Positions 29,272-39,057 of a stretch of DNA of 64,000 bases are shown here, in pieces. The DNA lies in the NCBI GenBank assembly GCA_963704165.1, contig CAVPHD010000009.1:128001-192000 (forward strand), written 5' to 3'. The number at the start of each line of letters is the position of its first letter. The first letter of the stretch is position 1. The notes below the pieces were generated by a model that did not search any database, was not told where the DNA came from, and worked only from the letters and a program-made list of their open reading frames with translations. The DNA is from an uncultured delta proteobacterium. GTDB lineage: Bacteria; Myxococcota_A; UBA9160; SZUA-336. The position numbers and the translations under genes were made by a program.

Positions 29272-30093
29272 CTACTGGACCTGAATCATCTTGACGTCGG
29301 TGAACTTCACGCGGCCGGAACTCCCGGTGGAGCCTCCGATCGGCACCTTGCCCGTCGGCGTCTCGACCGCGCCGTTGGGCGACGAGATCTCCGTGCCGTA
29401 GAACAGCACCGCCGCGAGCGGAACACCGCCGGACTCGGAGGGCGCGCGGAGCTTCCACGCCACCTTCACCGTCGAGAATGTTCCCGCCGTCGGGTCGGAA
29501 GCGATGCCGTAGACGTTCACGTAGCTGGTGCCGGGCCGAAGTCCGGGGTTGCGGCCGTCGGTGAACTTCGACTGCGCGGCGCCGTCCGGTCCGGTGACCA
29601 CGGGTTTCGCGGTCACTCGCCATCCCGCGGCGGTCGCGGAGCTCGACTGCCAGCGCTGGTTCGAATCGACGAGCGCGACGCCGAGAACCGGTGCCGAACC
29701 GCCCGTGACCTCGACGGAGACCTCGATCACCTCACCGGCCTTCACGGTCGCGGGAGCAATGAGGGTGATCCGCGTCGCGGCGTCGATCTTCTGGACGCCC
29801 TCGATCAGCGCCTGCCGCTGCTCGGCGCTCAACCCCTTGTAGGGCGAGCCGTCGCCCGCGCTCCGGATCTTCGCGAGGTGTTTGTTCGTGATCATCTCCG
29901 CGCTGACACGCGGCGCCGGAACGTTCTCGAGCTGGTCTTCCGACACCGAGGAGTGGCACGACGCGCAGTACGGCGCGACGTCGGTGACGTACCCCGGCGT
30001 CCCGCCCGGATAGGCATGCGTGACGGAAGCCGGTAGCACGAGACCGGTGAACAGGATGGAACGCAAGAGAGCGACGAGCGGTTTGCGGTTCAT
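29272..30093 (-). CDS. Secreted protein with one N-terminal CxxCH heme motif and a beta-rich C-terminal domain
   Basis: Signal peptide (MNRKPLVALL...VTHA), then CASCH; remainder rich in beta-strand-like VEVT/VALV segments. Confidence 0.7.
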   Translation of the reverse strand: MNRKPLVALLRSILFTGLVLPASVTHAYPGGTPGYVTDVAPYCASCHSSVSEDQLENVPAPRVSAEMITNKHLAKIRSAGDGSPYKGLSAEQRQALIEGVQKIDAATRITLIAPATVKAGEVIEVSVEVTGGSAPVLGVALVDSNQRWQSSSATAAGWRVTAKPVVTGPDGAAQSKFTDGRNPGLRPGTSYVNVYGIASDPTAGTFSTVKVAWKLRAPSESGGVPLAAVLFYGTEISSPNGAVETPTGKVPIGGSTGSSGRVKFTDVKMIQVQ

Positions 30094-30096
30094 CGG

Positions 30097-30648
30097 TCAG
30101 AACTCCTCATGGCAGTTTCGGCACACCGCGACGAGCGGCTCGGTCTCGAGGAAATCGAGTCTCGCCTCGAGGCCCTTCGGATGCGCGCGATGGCACTGTA
30201 CACAGTCGAATTCGAACGCGGGAAGATTGTGTACCTCGAAGGCGTGAAACGCGTCGTCGCGCGCGGGCGCATGCGCGTCGTGACACTGGGTGCAGTCCTC
30301 GTTCCAGAGCGGGTGCTGCATGACCTTCGGCTCCTGGAAGCGGCCGAGGAGGTATCGGGCCGCATCGCGGGCCGCCACGGATTTGACGCGGAGCCGGTTC
30401 ACGAAGCTCACGCCGCCGTGGCAGTCGATGCAGCGGAAGTCGTCCTGCGCGGCGAGATGCCCGGACGCGAGACTCGTCGCGGGGCTCTCGGCAAAGTCGG
30501 CGGACTTCTGCCGGTGGAGCGGCGTCTCCGCATCGAGATGACAGCTCACGCAGAACTCGTTCTGCGCCTCGAAGTGGTCGCTGATCGTCCAGGCGGCCGG
30601 TGCGCTCGCGAGGGCCGCGAGCAGGGCTATCCAGATCCAGCTTCGCAC
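30097..30648 (-). CDS. Membrane-anchored pentaheme c-type cytochrome (NapC/NirT/NrfH-like)
   Basis: Hydrophobic N-terminus, then CVSCH, CIDCH, CTQCH, CVQCH, CRNCH; GTG start at 30648. Confidence 0.8.
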   Translation of the reverse strand: MRSWIWIALLAALASAPAAWTISDHFEAQNEFCVSCHLDAETPLHRQKSADFAESPATSLASGHLAAQDDFRCIDCHGGVSFVNRLRVKSVAARDAARYLLGRFQEPKVMQHPLWNEDCTQCHDAHAPARDDAFHAFEVHNLPAFEFDCVQCHRAHPKGLEARLDFLETEPLVAVCRNCHEEF

Positions 30649-31946
30649 GCGGATGCCATCGTACGCTTCGTTTCGCGCGACTGCACTCGGACCAGCAACA
30701 GGTCGGCGACGTTGGTCTCCGTCGGCCCGGTGTGGAACAGGTCGCCCGTGGCCGCGAGCAGCGGATGGACGTCGCTGTTCGCGAGACTCGCACGCGGCTC
30801 GAATCCAACGGCTCGCGCGCGCGCCAGCGTCTCGGCATCCGCGAACGCGCCCGCGGCTTCGGTCGGGCCGTCGCTGCCGTCGGTACCCGCACAGAGCGCG
30901 GACCACCCAGACTCACCGACGAGCGCGAGTGACAGGCGCACGGCGAGCTCCTGTGCGCGCCCTCCCCGGCCGGATCCGCGCACCGCGACGGTCGGCTCCC
31001 CCCCGGCGATCAAAAGGTCGATGCCCTCGGCGCGCGCGCGAAGCACCTCGGCCGCGAGGTGCGGTGCGAGATCGACGACGTCGCGGTCGAGCGCGCGTCC
31101 GAGCGACCGCACGTGCAGACCTCGGCCGCGCGCCGCGCGCGAGACGGCTTCGAGCGCGGCGTCGAGGGATGCGATGACCCGACCCTCGACCCGTGCCTCG
31201 AGTGGATCCCCCGGCTTGAGCGTCTCCTCGAGCTCACCTGCGGCACCGCGTTCGAGGCGCGCGCGGACCGCCCGTGGGAGCTCGGCTTCGATTCCGTGCG
31301 CTCGCACGACCGCGAGCGCGTCACCGAAACGCGTCGGGTCGGAGCTCGCGGGTCCGGAGCCGATCTCGGAGAGGGAGTCGCCCGGCACGTCGGAGACCGC
31401 ATACACGCGAACGCGTCGGCCGGCGGCCGCTCGCAGCAGTCCGCCGCCCTTCAAGGACGAGACGTGCTTGCGGACGGCGTTGAGCTCACCGATCGCCACG
31501 CTCGAACGCAGCAGCGTCTGCGTGAGCGCGCGCTTGTCGCCGATGGTGACGCCCGTCGGCGGCGCGCACCAGAGCGAGGACGCGCCGCCGGAAACGAGCA
31601 CGATCAGCTCCTCGGCTCCCGAGAGCGATCCCGCGCGAGCCAGCGCATCGCGCCCCGCCGCTTCGCTTCGAGCGTCCGGGAGCGGATGTGAGGCCTCGCG
31701 AACGTCGAAGCCGCGCACGTCGCGCGCGTACCCGTCCTTCGTCGTCACCGCACCGCGCACGACGCGCGCGCCGAGCGCCCCGCGTACCGCCTCCGCCATC
31801 GCACACGCGGCCTTTCCGGCAGCGAGCACGACGAACGGACCCTGCCCCGGATCGTCGGACGCGAGGGTGCGGGAGAGCGCCCGCCCCGCATGCACCTCGT
31901 CGAGCGCCACGCGGTGGAGATCGACGAGCAGCGCGCGCGCGCTCAC
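30627..31946 (-). CDS. Glycerate 2-kinase (MOFRL/DUF4147 family)
   Basis: AAGKAA, ASHPLPD, VSGGASSL, ELNAVRKHVS.LKGG, SDVPGD, AGGEPTV, GRGGRAQE, GTDGSDGPT, TGPTETNVADL. Confidence 0.92.
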   Translation of the reverse strand: MSARALLVDLHRVALDEVHAGRALSRTLASDDPGQGPFVVLAAGKAACAMAEAVRGALGARVVRGAVTTKDGYARDVRGFDVREASHPLPDARSEAAGRDALARAGSLSGAEELIVLVSGGASSLWCAPPTGVTIGDKRALTQTLLRSSVAIGELNAVRKHVSSLKGGGLLRAAAGRRVRVYAVSDVPGDSLSEIGSGPASSDPTRFGDALAVVRAHGIEAELPRAVRARLERGAAGELEETLKPGDPLEARVEGRVIASLDAALEAVSRAARGRGLHVRSLGRALDRDVVDLAPHLAAEVLRARAEGIDLLIAGGEPTVAVRGSGRGGRAQELAVRLSLALVGESGWSALCAGTDGSDGPTEAAGAFADAETLARARAVGFEPRASLANSDVHPLLAATGDLFHTGPTETNVADLLLVRVQSRETKRTMASACEAGSG

Positions 31947-32701
31947 TCCGCTCCGAGCGGCGCGAGCACGATCTCGATGCGGCGATTGCGCGCGCGGCCC
32001 GCGGGTTCGGCGTTGCTTGCAATCGGCTGGAACTCGCCGAAGCCCGACGCCTCGAGGCGCGGAGCTGAGACGCCTTGCTCCGCGAGGAAGCGTGCGACGA
32101 TCGCAGCCCGACCGACCGAGAGCTCCCAGTTGGTCGGAAAGCGGGCGGTGGCGATCGGCACGTTGTCGGTGTGCCCCTCGACGCGCACGCGGCGGTCGGA
32201 GATCTTCGCGAGCTGCGTCGCGATCTTCGCCAACACCGCGCGCCCGCGCGGCTTGATCTCGACGCTGCCGGAGTCGAAGAGGATCTGGTCCATGGCGCGC
32301 ACCTGCAATCGACCGCGCAGCTCTTCGATCTCGATCTCGCCCGAGCGCACCTCCGATTCGAGCTGCTCCACCAGCGCGCGGTAGGTCCCCGAAAGCTGCT
32401 GGATCTCGGTCTTGCTCGTACTTCGCTCGGCCTCGAGCGTCTGGCGAAGCTCTGCATTGCCCGTGCGCTCGGCTTCGATCTCGGCGATCAGGTCGAGGCG
32501 CTCCTGGTGGAGTGACTGCTTCTCCAGCATCAGCTTCTCGCGCGTCTTGCTGACGTCGAGCGCGCGTTGCTTGCACTCGATGAGATCGGACGAGAGCGCG
32601 CGCTGACGCGCGATCTCGGCATGATGGCTCGCTTGCGTCGCGCAGGCGCTCGCGAAGAGCACCGATCCGAGCACGCCGATCAGACGCGAACCGCGCCTCA
32701 A
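31943..32701 (-). CDS. OmpA/MotB-family peptidoglycan-binding lipoprotein with coiled coil
   Basis: Lipobox-like FASA-C, coiled coil, ILFDSGS, VEGHTDNVPI, NWELSVGRA, GRARNRRIEI; TTG start overlaps the lon stop. Confidence 0.85.
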   Translation of the reverse strand: MRRGSRLIGVLGSVLFASACATQASHHAEIARQRALSSDLIECKQRALDVSKTREKLMLEKQSLHQERLDLIAEIEAERTGNAELRQTLEAERSTSKTEIQQLSGTYRALVEQLESEVRSGEIEIEELRGRLQVRAMDQILFDSGSVEIKPRGRAVLAKIATQLAKISDRRVRVEGHTDNVPIATARFPTNWELSVGRAAIVARFLAEQGVSAPRLEASGFGEFQPIASNAEPAGRARNRRIEIVLAPLGAE

Positions 32702-35094
32702 GCCCACGCGTCCCGCCCGAACACGATCTGCAGCACCTGTTCGATCCTCTCCACGGGCTCGATCTTCATGTCCGAGATGCGATCCGGAGGAATCTCGACC
32801 AGATCCTTCTCGTTCCCCGCCGGGATCAGCACGTGCGTGATCCCGGCGCGCTTTGCGGCGAGGATCTTCTCCTTGATCCCGCCGACCGGCAAGACCTTGC
32901 CGCGCAGCGTGATCTCGCCCGTCATCGCCAGATCGGGTGGAACGGGCTTGTCGAGCAAGAGGCTCGCGAGCGCGGTCACGATCGCGATGCCGGCGCTGGG
33001 CCCATCCTTGGGCGTCGCGCCCGCGGGCACGTGGATGTGGATCGCGCTCTCGCCGAAGAGCGCCGGATCGAGTCGTAGCCGTGTCGCGTTGGTCTGCACG
33101 AGCGCGACCGCCGTCATCGCGGATTCGCGCATCACGTCCCGCACCGATCCGGTGATCTGGAGTTCGCCCTTGCCCTTCATGCGCGTCGCTTCGATGAACA
33201 GGATCTCGCCACCGCCCTCGGTGACCGCGAGACCGACGGAAACGCCGGGGATCTGCAGCCGGCCCGCGACCTCGGGTTCGAAACGCGCCGGGCCGAGCAG
33301 CCCGTGCAGGTCGCCGGCATCGAGCGTCGCCGAGCTCTCGCCTCCCGCTTCGACGATGCGACGCGCCAGCTTGCGCGCGATCTTCCCGAGCTCGCGCTCG
33401 AGGTTCCGCAGTCCCGCCTCGTGCGTGTAGTTGCGGATCACGCCGCGGATCGCTGCATCGGTGATCTTCGGCGCGCGTTCGCTGAGCCCGTGCTGTTCGA
33501 GCTGGCGCGGCAGGAGGTGGCGGCGCGCGATCTCGAGCTTGTCTTCTTCCGTGTAGCCCGGGAGCTCGATCACCTCCATCCGGTCCCGGAGCGCCGGTGG
33601 AATTCGGTCGAGCATGTTGGCCGTCGCGATGAACAAAACCTTGGACAGATCGAACGGAACCTCGAGGTAGTGATCGCTGAAGGCCGAGTTCTGTTCCGGA
33701 TCGAGAACCTCGAGCAGCGCCGACGACGGATCGCCCCGGAAATCGGCCCCGAGCTTGTCGATCTCGTCCAGGATGAAGACGGGGTTGTTGGTCCCGACAC
33801 GGCGAAGGGTCTGCAGGATGCGACCCGGGAGCGAGCTCACGTAGGTGCGACGATGACCGCGGATTTCCGCCTCGTCGCGCACGCCGCCGAGCGAGAGACG
33901 CGCGAACTTCCGCCCGACCGCGCGCGCGATCGAGCGTCCCAGCGAGGTCTTTCCGGTGCCCGGCGGCCCGACGAAGCACAGGATCGGCCCGCGCAGGTCG
34001 CGCTTCAGCTTCAGCACCGCGATGAACTCGAGGATCCGCTCCTTCACCTTCTCGATGTCGTAGTGGTCCTCGTCCAGGATCGCGCGAGCGCCCGCGATGT
34101 CGAGCGTGTCCTCGGTGGACGTCGACCAGGGCAGATCCGCGATCCACTCCAGGTACGAGCGGATCGAACCGGCTTCCATCGCGCCGGGTGGCTGAGCGGC
34201 CAGGCGCGCGAGCTCGCGCTCCGCGACCGTCATCACGTTCTCGGGAACCCTCGCTTCCTCGATCCGGCGGCGCAGCTCTTCGACCTGCTCGGTCGGCGTC
34301 TCGTACTCGCCGAGCTGACGCCGGATCGCGCGCGCCTGCTCTCGCAAGACGTACTCGCGCTGGTTTCGGGTCAGCTCCTCCTGCACCTGCGTGCGGATCT
34401 CCTGCTCGAGCGCGCGCACCTCCGCCTCGCGCGCGAGGTGCTCCGAGAGGCGTTCGAGCCGCTTCTCGACGTCGAGCGTCTCGAGCAGTTCCTGGCGATC
34501 GGCCACCGAGAGCCCGAGGTTCGCCGCGACGACGTCGGCGAGCGCGGCGGAGTCCTGAAGCTGCGCGACCATCGCGCGCACCGGCTCCGAGACGGTCTGC
34601 GACCCCTCGGCAACGATCGCGAACTGACGCGCCACGTTGCGATGCAGCGCCTCGAGCTCGAGGCTCTCGGGATGCGTCTCGGCCGCGGGCGTCACGCGCG
34701 CCCGCAGGTAGGGTTGAGTGGATTCGTAGGCTCCGATCTCGACGCGCCGAAGACCCTGCACCCAGAGGCGCTGCGCGCCGTCCTCGGCCTTGGTCATCCG
34801 CAGAATGCGCACGGCGGTTCCGAGCGAGTACAAGTCGCCCGGCGCCGGCTCCGTCACCTCGGGATCGCGCGCGGCGACGGTGACGATCAGCCGGTCCGCG
34901 GCGAGCGCATCGTCCACCAACCGCTTCGCGCGCTCGGTGGTCGCCGCCATCGGCGCGACGATCGTCGGAAACAAGACGGTGTTGCGCAGCGGAAGAACCG
35001 GCAAAACATCGGGCAGCGGATCCTCGAGGCGCGGGGGCTCCGTCTGCTCGACCTCTTCGTCCGATTCCGTCTCCATGAACTCGTCGCTCGTCAC
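32698..35094 (-). CDS. lon: ATP-dependent Lon protease
   Basis: LPVLPLRNTVLFP N-domain, GPPGTGKT, ILDEIDK, KDGPSAG, PVGGIKEK. Confidence 0.97.
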   Translation of the reverse strand: MTSDEFMETESDEEVEQTEPPRLEDPLPDVLPVLPLRNTVLFPTIVAPMAATTERAKRLVDDALAADRLIVTVAARDPEVTEPAPGDLYSLGTAVRILRMTKAEDGAQRLWVQGLRRVEIGAYESTQPYLRARVTPAAETHPESLELEALHRNVARQFAIVAEGSQTVSEPVRAMVAQLQDSAALADVVAANLGLSVADRQELLETLDVEKRLERLSEHLAREAEVRALEQEIRTQVQEELTRNQREYVLREQARAIRRQLGEYETPTEQVEELRRRIEEARVPENVMTVAERELARLAAQPPGAMEAGSIRSYLEWIADLPWSTSTEDTLDIAGARAILDEDHYDIEKVKERILEFIAVLKLKRDLRGPILCFVGPPGTGKTSLGRSIARAVGRKFARLSLGGVRDEAEIRGHRRTYVSSLPGRILQTLRRVGTNNPVFILDEIDKLGADFRGDPSSALLEVLDPEQNSAFSDHYLEVPFDLSKVLFIATANMLDRIPPALRDRMEVIELPGYTEEDKLEIARRHLLPRQLEQHGLSERAPKITDAAIRGVIRNYTHEAGLRNLERELGKIARKLARRIVEAGGESSATLDAGDLHGLLGPARFEPEVAGRLQIPGVSVGLAVTEGGGEILFIEATRMKGKGELQITGSVRDVMRESAMTAVALVQTNATRLRLDPALFGESAIHIHVPAGATPKDGPSAGIAIVTALASLLLDKPVPPDLAMTGEITLRGKVLPVGGIKEKILAAKRAGITHVLIPAGNEKDLVEIPPDRISDMKIEPVERIEQVLQIVFGRDAWA

Positions 35095-35531
35095 GTGGAC
35101 CTCACCGAGATCAGTCTCGTGCTGCTCTGCCGTCGCGGGAGCTCGACCGTCAGCACACCGTTCTCGAACCGAGCTTCGACCCGGTCGGCGTCGTAGGGCA
35201 CGCGCATGCGCAGCACTCGCTCGAACGGGCCCTGGGGGATTTCGATCAGGATGTGACGCTGGCTCGGCTCCGAGCGTCCGAAGCTGCGACGACCGCTGAT
35301 CTGCACGTATTCGCCATCGACGACGACGCGCACGTCCTCGTTGGGCACACCCGCGAGCTCGACGCGCACGACGACCGCGTGATCCGTCTCGTACACGTCG
35401 AGGGCCGGCCGCCACGCATCGACGCCGCCCGGAAGTCGAAGTGCCGAAACCAGCACGCGCTCGAAGGCGCGATCCATCTGCTCTTCGAGCTCGGCCAGCT
35501 CGCGGGCGATCTTGCCCCGCTGTACATGCAT
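35091..35531 (-). CDS. Small heat shock protein (Hsp20/alpha-crystallin)
   Basis: WRPALDVYET, ELAGV, GPFERVL, ARFENGVLTVELP. Confidence 0.92.
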   Translation of the reverse strand: MHVQRGKIARELAELEEQMDRAFERVLVSALRLPGGVDAWRPALDVYETDHAVVVRVELAGVPNEDVRVVVDGEYVQISGRRSFGRSEPSQRHILIEIPQGPFERVLRMRVPYDADRVEARFENGVLTVELPRRQSSTRLISVRST

Positions 35532-35553
35532 CAGCGAACCTCGCGGCGGCGGA

Positions 35554-37452
35554 TCACTTCTCCTCGGTGAAATCGGCGTCGACGACCTGACCGTCATCGC
35601 CCGGTCCGCTCTTCGCACCCGCGTCCGGCTCGGCCTGCGCCTGGCTCGCCTCGGCCTTGTAGAGCGTCTCGGAGACCGCGTGCAGCGCGCGCTGCAGCTC
35701 CTCTCCCTTCGCCTTCAGCTCGCTCGCCTCCGCGGCCTCGTTCGCGAGCAGCGTCTTGCAGGCGGCGATCGCGGACTCGGCGCTGTTCAGCTGGGCGACG
35801 GGGATCTTCTCCTTGTGCTCGCGCACGGTCTTCTCCGCCTCGTACAGCATCGCGTCGAGCGCGTTTCGCGCGTCGATGCGCTCGCGACGCTGCTTGTCGT
35901 CCGAGGCATTCATCTCGGCGTCGCGCACCATCTTCTCGATCGCGCCCTTGTCCAGACCGCTCGAGCCCTCGATGCGGATCGACTGCTGCTTCTGCGAAGC
36001 CTTGTCGAGCGCCGACACCGACAGGATTCCGTTCGCGTCGATGTCGAAACTGACCTCGACCTGCGGCACACCGCGCGGCGCGGGCGGCAGACCATCGAGG
36101 ACGAATCGCCCGAGCGTGCGGTTGTCGCCCGCCATCTCGCGCTCGCCCTGCAGCACGTGGATCTCGACCTGCGGCTGGTTGTCGCTCGCGGTCGAGAAGA
36201 CCTGGCTGCGCTTGGTCGGGATCGTCGTATTTCGCTCGACGAGCTTGGTCATGACGCCACCGAGCGTCTCGATTCCGAGCGAGAGCGGAGTCACGTCGAG
36301 CAGGAGGACGTCCTTCACCTCTCCGGTGAGCACGCCCGCCTGGATCGCCGCGCCGACGGCGACGACCTCGTCGGGGTTCACGCCGCGGTGTGGCTCGCGG
36401 CCGAAGAACGACTTCACGATCTCCTGCACCTTCGGGATCCGCGTCGAGCCGCCGACGAGAACCACCTCGTCGATCGCACCCGGTGCGAGCCCCGCGTCCT
36501 TGCAGACCTGGCGCAGGGGATCGAGCGTCCGCTGCACGAGATCGTCGATCAGCTGTTCGAACTTCGAGCGCGAGAGGCGCAGATTCAGATGCTTGGGTCC
36601 GGACGCGTCCGCCGTGACGTACGGAAGGTTGATCTCGGTCTCGGTCACGGTCGAGAGCTCGATCTTCGCCTTCTCCGCGGCCTCCTTCAGGCGCTGCATC
36701 GCCATCGGATCCTTGCCGAGATCGACGCCCTGATCCTTCTTGAACTCCTCGACCAGATAGCGGATCACGCGGTCGTCGAAGTCGTCGCCCCCGAGGTGTG
36801 TATCGCCGTTGGTCGAGAGCACCTCGACGGTGTTGTCGCCGACCTCGAGCACCGAGACGTCGAACGTGCCGCCACCGAGGTCGTAGACCGCGATCTTCTC
36901 GTCCTTCTTCTTGTCGAGCGAGTACGCGAGCGACGCCGCGGTCGGCTCGTTCACGAGCCGCAGCACCTCGAGACCCGCGATCGTGCCCGCGTCCTTGGTC
37001 GCCTGACGTTGGGCGTCGTTGAAGTACGCCGGGACGGTGATCACGGCCTGCGTCACCGACTGCCCGAGGTACGCCTCCGCCGCCGCCTTCAGCTTCTGCA
37101 GGATCATCGCCGAGATCTCCGGCGGCGAGTACGACTTCCCGCCCGCTTCGACGGTGACGAGGTCGTTCTTACCCGGCGCCACCTTGTACGGGATGAGCTT
37201 CATTTCGCTCGTCACCTCGGCCATGCGCCGTCCCATGAAGCGCTTGATCGAATAGACCGTGTTCACCGGGTTCGTGATCGCCTGGCGTCGGGCGATCTGG
37301 CCGACGAGACGCTGGCCATCCTTGGTGAACGCGACGACGGAAGGCGTCGTGCGTCCCCCCTCCTCGTTGGCGATCACCTTCGGCTCACCGCCCTCCATGA
37401 CCGCGACGACGGAGTTGGTCGTGCCCAGATCGATGCCGATCACGCGTCCCAT
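35554..37452 (-). CDS. dnaK: Chaperone DnaK
   Basis: [51 protein letters not shown]. Confidence 0.98.
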   Translation of the reverse strand: MGRVIGIDLGTTNSVVAVMEGGEPKVIANEEGGRTTPSVVAFTKDGQRLVGQIARRQAITNPVNTVYSIKRFMGRRMAEVTSEMKLIPYKVAPGKNDLVTVEAGGKSYSPPEISAMILQKLKAAAEAYLGQSVTQAVITVPAYFNDAQRQATKDAGTIAGLEVLRLVNEPTAASLAYSLDKKKDEKIAVYDLGGGTFDVSVLEVGDNTVEVLSTNGDTHLGGDDFDDRVIRYLVEEFKKDQGVDLGKDPMAMQRLKEAAEKAKIELSTVTETEINLPYVTADASGPKHLNLRLSRSKFEQLIDDLVQRTLDPLRQVCKDAGLAPGAIDEVVLVGGSTRIPKVQEIVKSFFGREPHRGVNPDEVVAVGAAIQAGVLTGEVKDVLLLDVTPLSLGIETLGGVMTKLVERNTTIPTKRSQVFSTASDNQPQVEIHVLQGEREMAGDNRTLGRFVLDGLPPAPRGVPQVEVSFDIDANGILSVSALDKASQKQQSIRIEGSSGLDKGAIEKMVRDAEMNASDDKQRRERIDARNALDAMLYEAEKTVREHKEKIPVAQLNSAESAIAACKTLLANEAAEASELKAKGEELQRALHAVSETLYKAEASQAQAEPDAGAKSGPGDDGQVVDADFTEEK

Positions 37453-37524
37453 GAACATCTTCCCCCGATGACTGAAATCCCAAGTCCGATCGGGCACTTG
37501 GAGCCCGATCCGGAAACGCGGCGC

Positions 37525-37552
37525 AAGCTAGGGCCGCCCCCTTGCGTGTCAA
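37525..37552 (-). promoter_or_regulatory. Putative sigma70-type promoter of dnaK
   Basis: TTGACA-N16-TAGCTT on minus strand about 75 nt upstream of the dnaK start. Confidence 0.55.
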
Positions 37553-37558
37553 GCCGAC

Positions 37559-38008
37559 TCAGGCGACGTCGAGGAACGGGAGCGGACGGACGCGCACGAT
37601 CAGGGCGCGTTGCTCTTCGACGAACCCCGATCCACCCCACCAGCTCCGGCCGAAGACGCGCAGCACGATCCGGTTCTCGCCGTCGTGCAGACCCATCAGC
37701 GCGCCACCGGCGCCATTTCGACCGAGCGTCAGAGCGGACGTCACGTCCCGATCGTTCAAGAGACACTGGAAGGTCTCGACCGCGACCCGCGGACCGCCGA
37801 CGAACGCGACGAGCAGATCGACCGCACCGAGCGGCGTCTCGAACTCGCTCGGTGGGATCTGCACCTCCATCAGCGGCGCACCTACGAACACCCAGCGCAG
37901 AGCCCCCTCGCGGAACTCGGCCGCCCGCCCGCCCGAGCGCGCGAGTCCGAGCCAGGCGATCGCACCCAGGCCGGCGAGCAGAACGAATAGTGAGATGGAT
38001 CGCTTCAT
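37559..38008 (-). CDS. Hypothetical exported/membrane protein
   Basis: MKRSISLFVLLAGLGAIAW hydrophobic N-terminus; beta-rich remainder. Confidence 0.6.
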   Translation of the reverse strand: MKRSISLFVLLAGLGAIAWLGLARSGGRAAEFREGALRWVFVGAPLMEVQIPPSEFETPLGAVDLLVAFVGGPRVAVETFQCLLNDRDVTSALTLGRNGAGGALMGLHDGENRIVLRVFGRSWWGGSGFVEEQRALIVRVRPLPFLDVA

Positions 38009-38175
38009 CTACAGGTCAGGGATCCTACAGTCAGCGCCGCGCCGCTGCCGATTCATGAACCGTACCTGCACGAGGCGCGGATCTGGCGACGACGCGCTTG
38101 TCCGCATAGACTCGGGCGGAATTTCTCGGGTTTTCAGCCCACTTCGAGTGCGAAGCCAGCGGGGGTAGTGAGCGA

Positions 38176-39057
38176 GTGTTTCTGCGCTACGGCATGCGAG
38201 CCCTACAGATCGCGCTCGGGATCGCGTGTCTGGCGGTGGTGTACGCGGGTCTCGCACCCGTCCTCCGCGCGGGTCCGGTCGGGGACACGACCGTCCCGCC
38301 GATCCGGGTTCCCGAGACGATCGACACCGACCTCGATCGATTCCGGGTGATCGGTACGCGGAACCTGTTCCGCACGAGGACGAGCGCGCCCGCGGCGCCG
38401 GTGGACGAGGTGCTCAAGGAGAGCGCGCTGCGGCTGAAGCTCTGCGGAACCTACGCGGCGAGTCCCGTCGAGCAATCGGTCGCTTGCATCGACGATCAAG
38501 GCACACAGAAGCGGCGCGCGTTCCGGATCGGACAGGAGATCAGCCCCGGCGTCCGCCTGATCGGGGTCGAGCGCAGACGGGCCGTGATCGACAACCAGGG
38601 CACGCGCGAGCAGCTCCGGATGGAAGAGGCTCCGGCGGGAGGAGCGGTCGTCCCCCCGCCGTCGAGGTTGTCGCGCGGCGCACCCGAAGCCGCGCCGACG
38701 CGCGCGGGCTCACCGCGGCTCTCCGAACGTCTGCGCCAGCTTCGCGAGCGCACGCCCCCACCCGCGGCTCCACCCAGCGCCACACCCGCACCGAGCAAGC
38801 TCGAATCGGCGTTGAACGGCGCTCAGCTCCTCCCCGTGTACGACGAGGGCGGAAGCTTCGGAGGCGTTCGACTCTCGGGCATCGTCCCGGACGGGCCGTT
38901 CGCGGGGCTGCCCGAGGACACGATCTGCTTCGAGTTCAACGGCCATAAGCTCGACGGGGCACAGACGCTGCCGACGGCGCTGGTGACGAACGCGACGGGC
39001 GACGCCTGCCTGCGCTGCCGTCAACCGGACGGCCGGGAGACGACACGATGCCTGTAG
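38176..39057 (+). CDS. gspC: Type II secretion protein GspC-like
   Basis: N-terminal TM, HR-like domain (LKLCGT...AFRIGQEI...VERRRAVIDNQGTREQL), degenerate PDZ-like end; first gene of the gsp cluster. Confidence 0.75.
   Translation: MFLRYGMRALQIALGIACLAVVYAGLAPVLRAGPVGDTTVPPIRVPETIDTDLDRFRVIGTRNLFRTRTSAPAAPVDEVLKESALRLKLCGTYAASPVEQSVACIDDQGTQKRRAFRIGQEISPGVRLIGVERRRAVIDNQGTREQLRMEEAPAGGAVVPPPSRLSRGAPEAAPTRAGSPRLSERLRQLRERTPPPAAPPSATPAPSKLESALNGAQLLPVYDEGGSFGGVRLSGIVPDGPFAGLPEDTICFEFNGHKLDGAQTLPTALVTNATGDACLRCRQPDGRETTRCL

Noticed and set aside
35512..38058. 848-aa plus-strand ORF opposite dnaK
   Set aside because: Long antisense ORFs opposite dnaK are a known artefact; no independent motifs seen.
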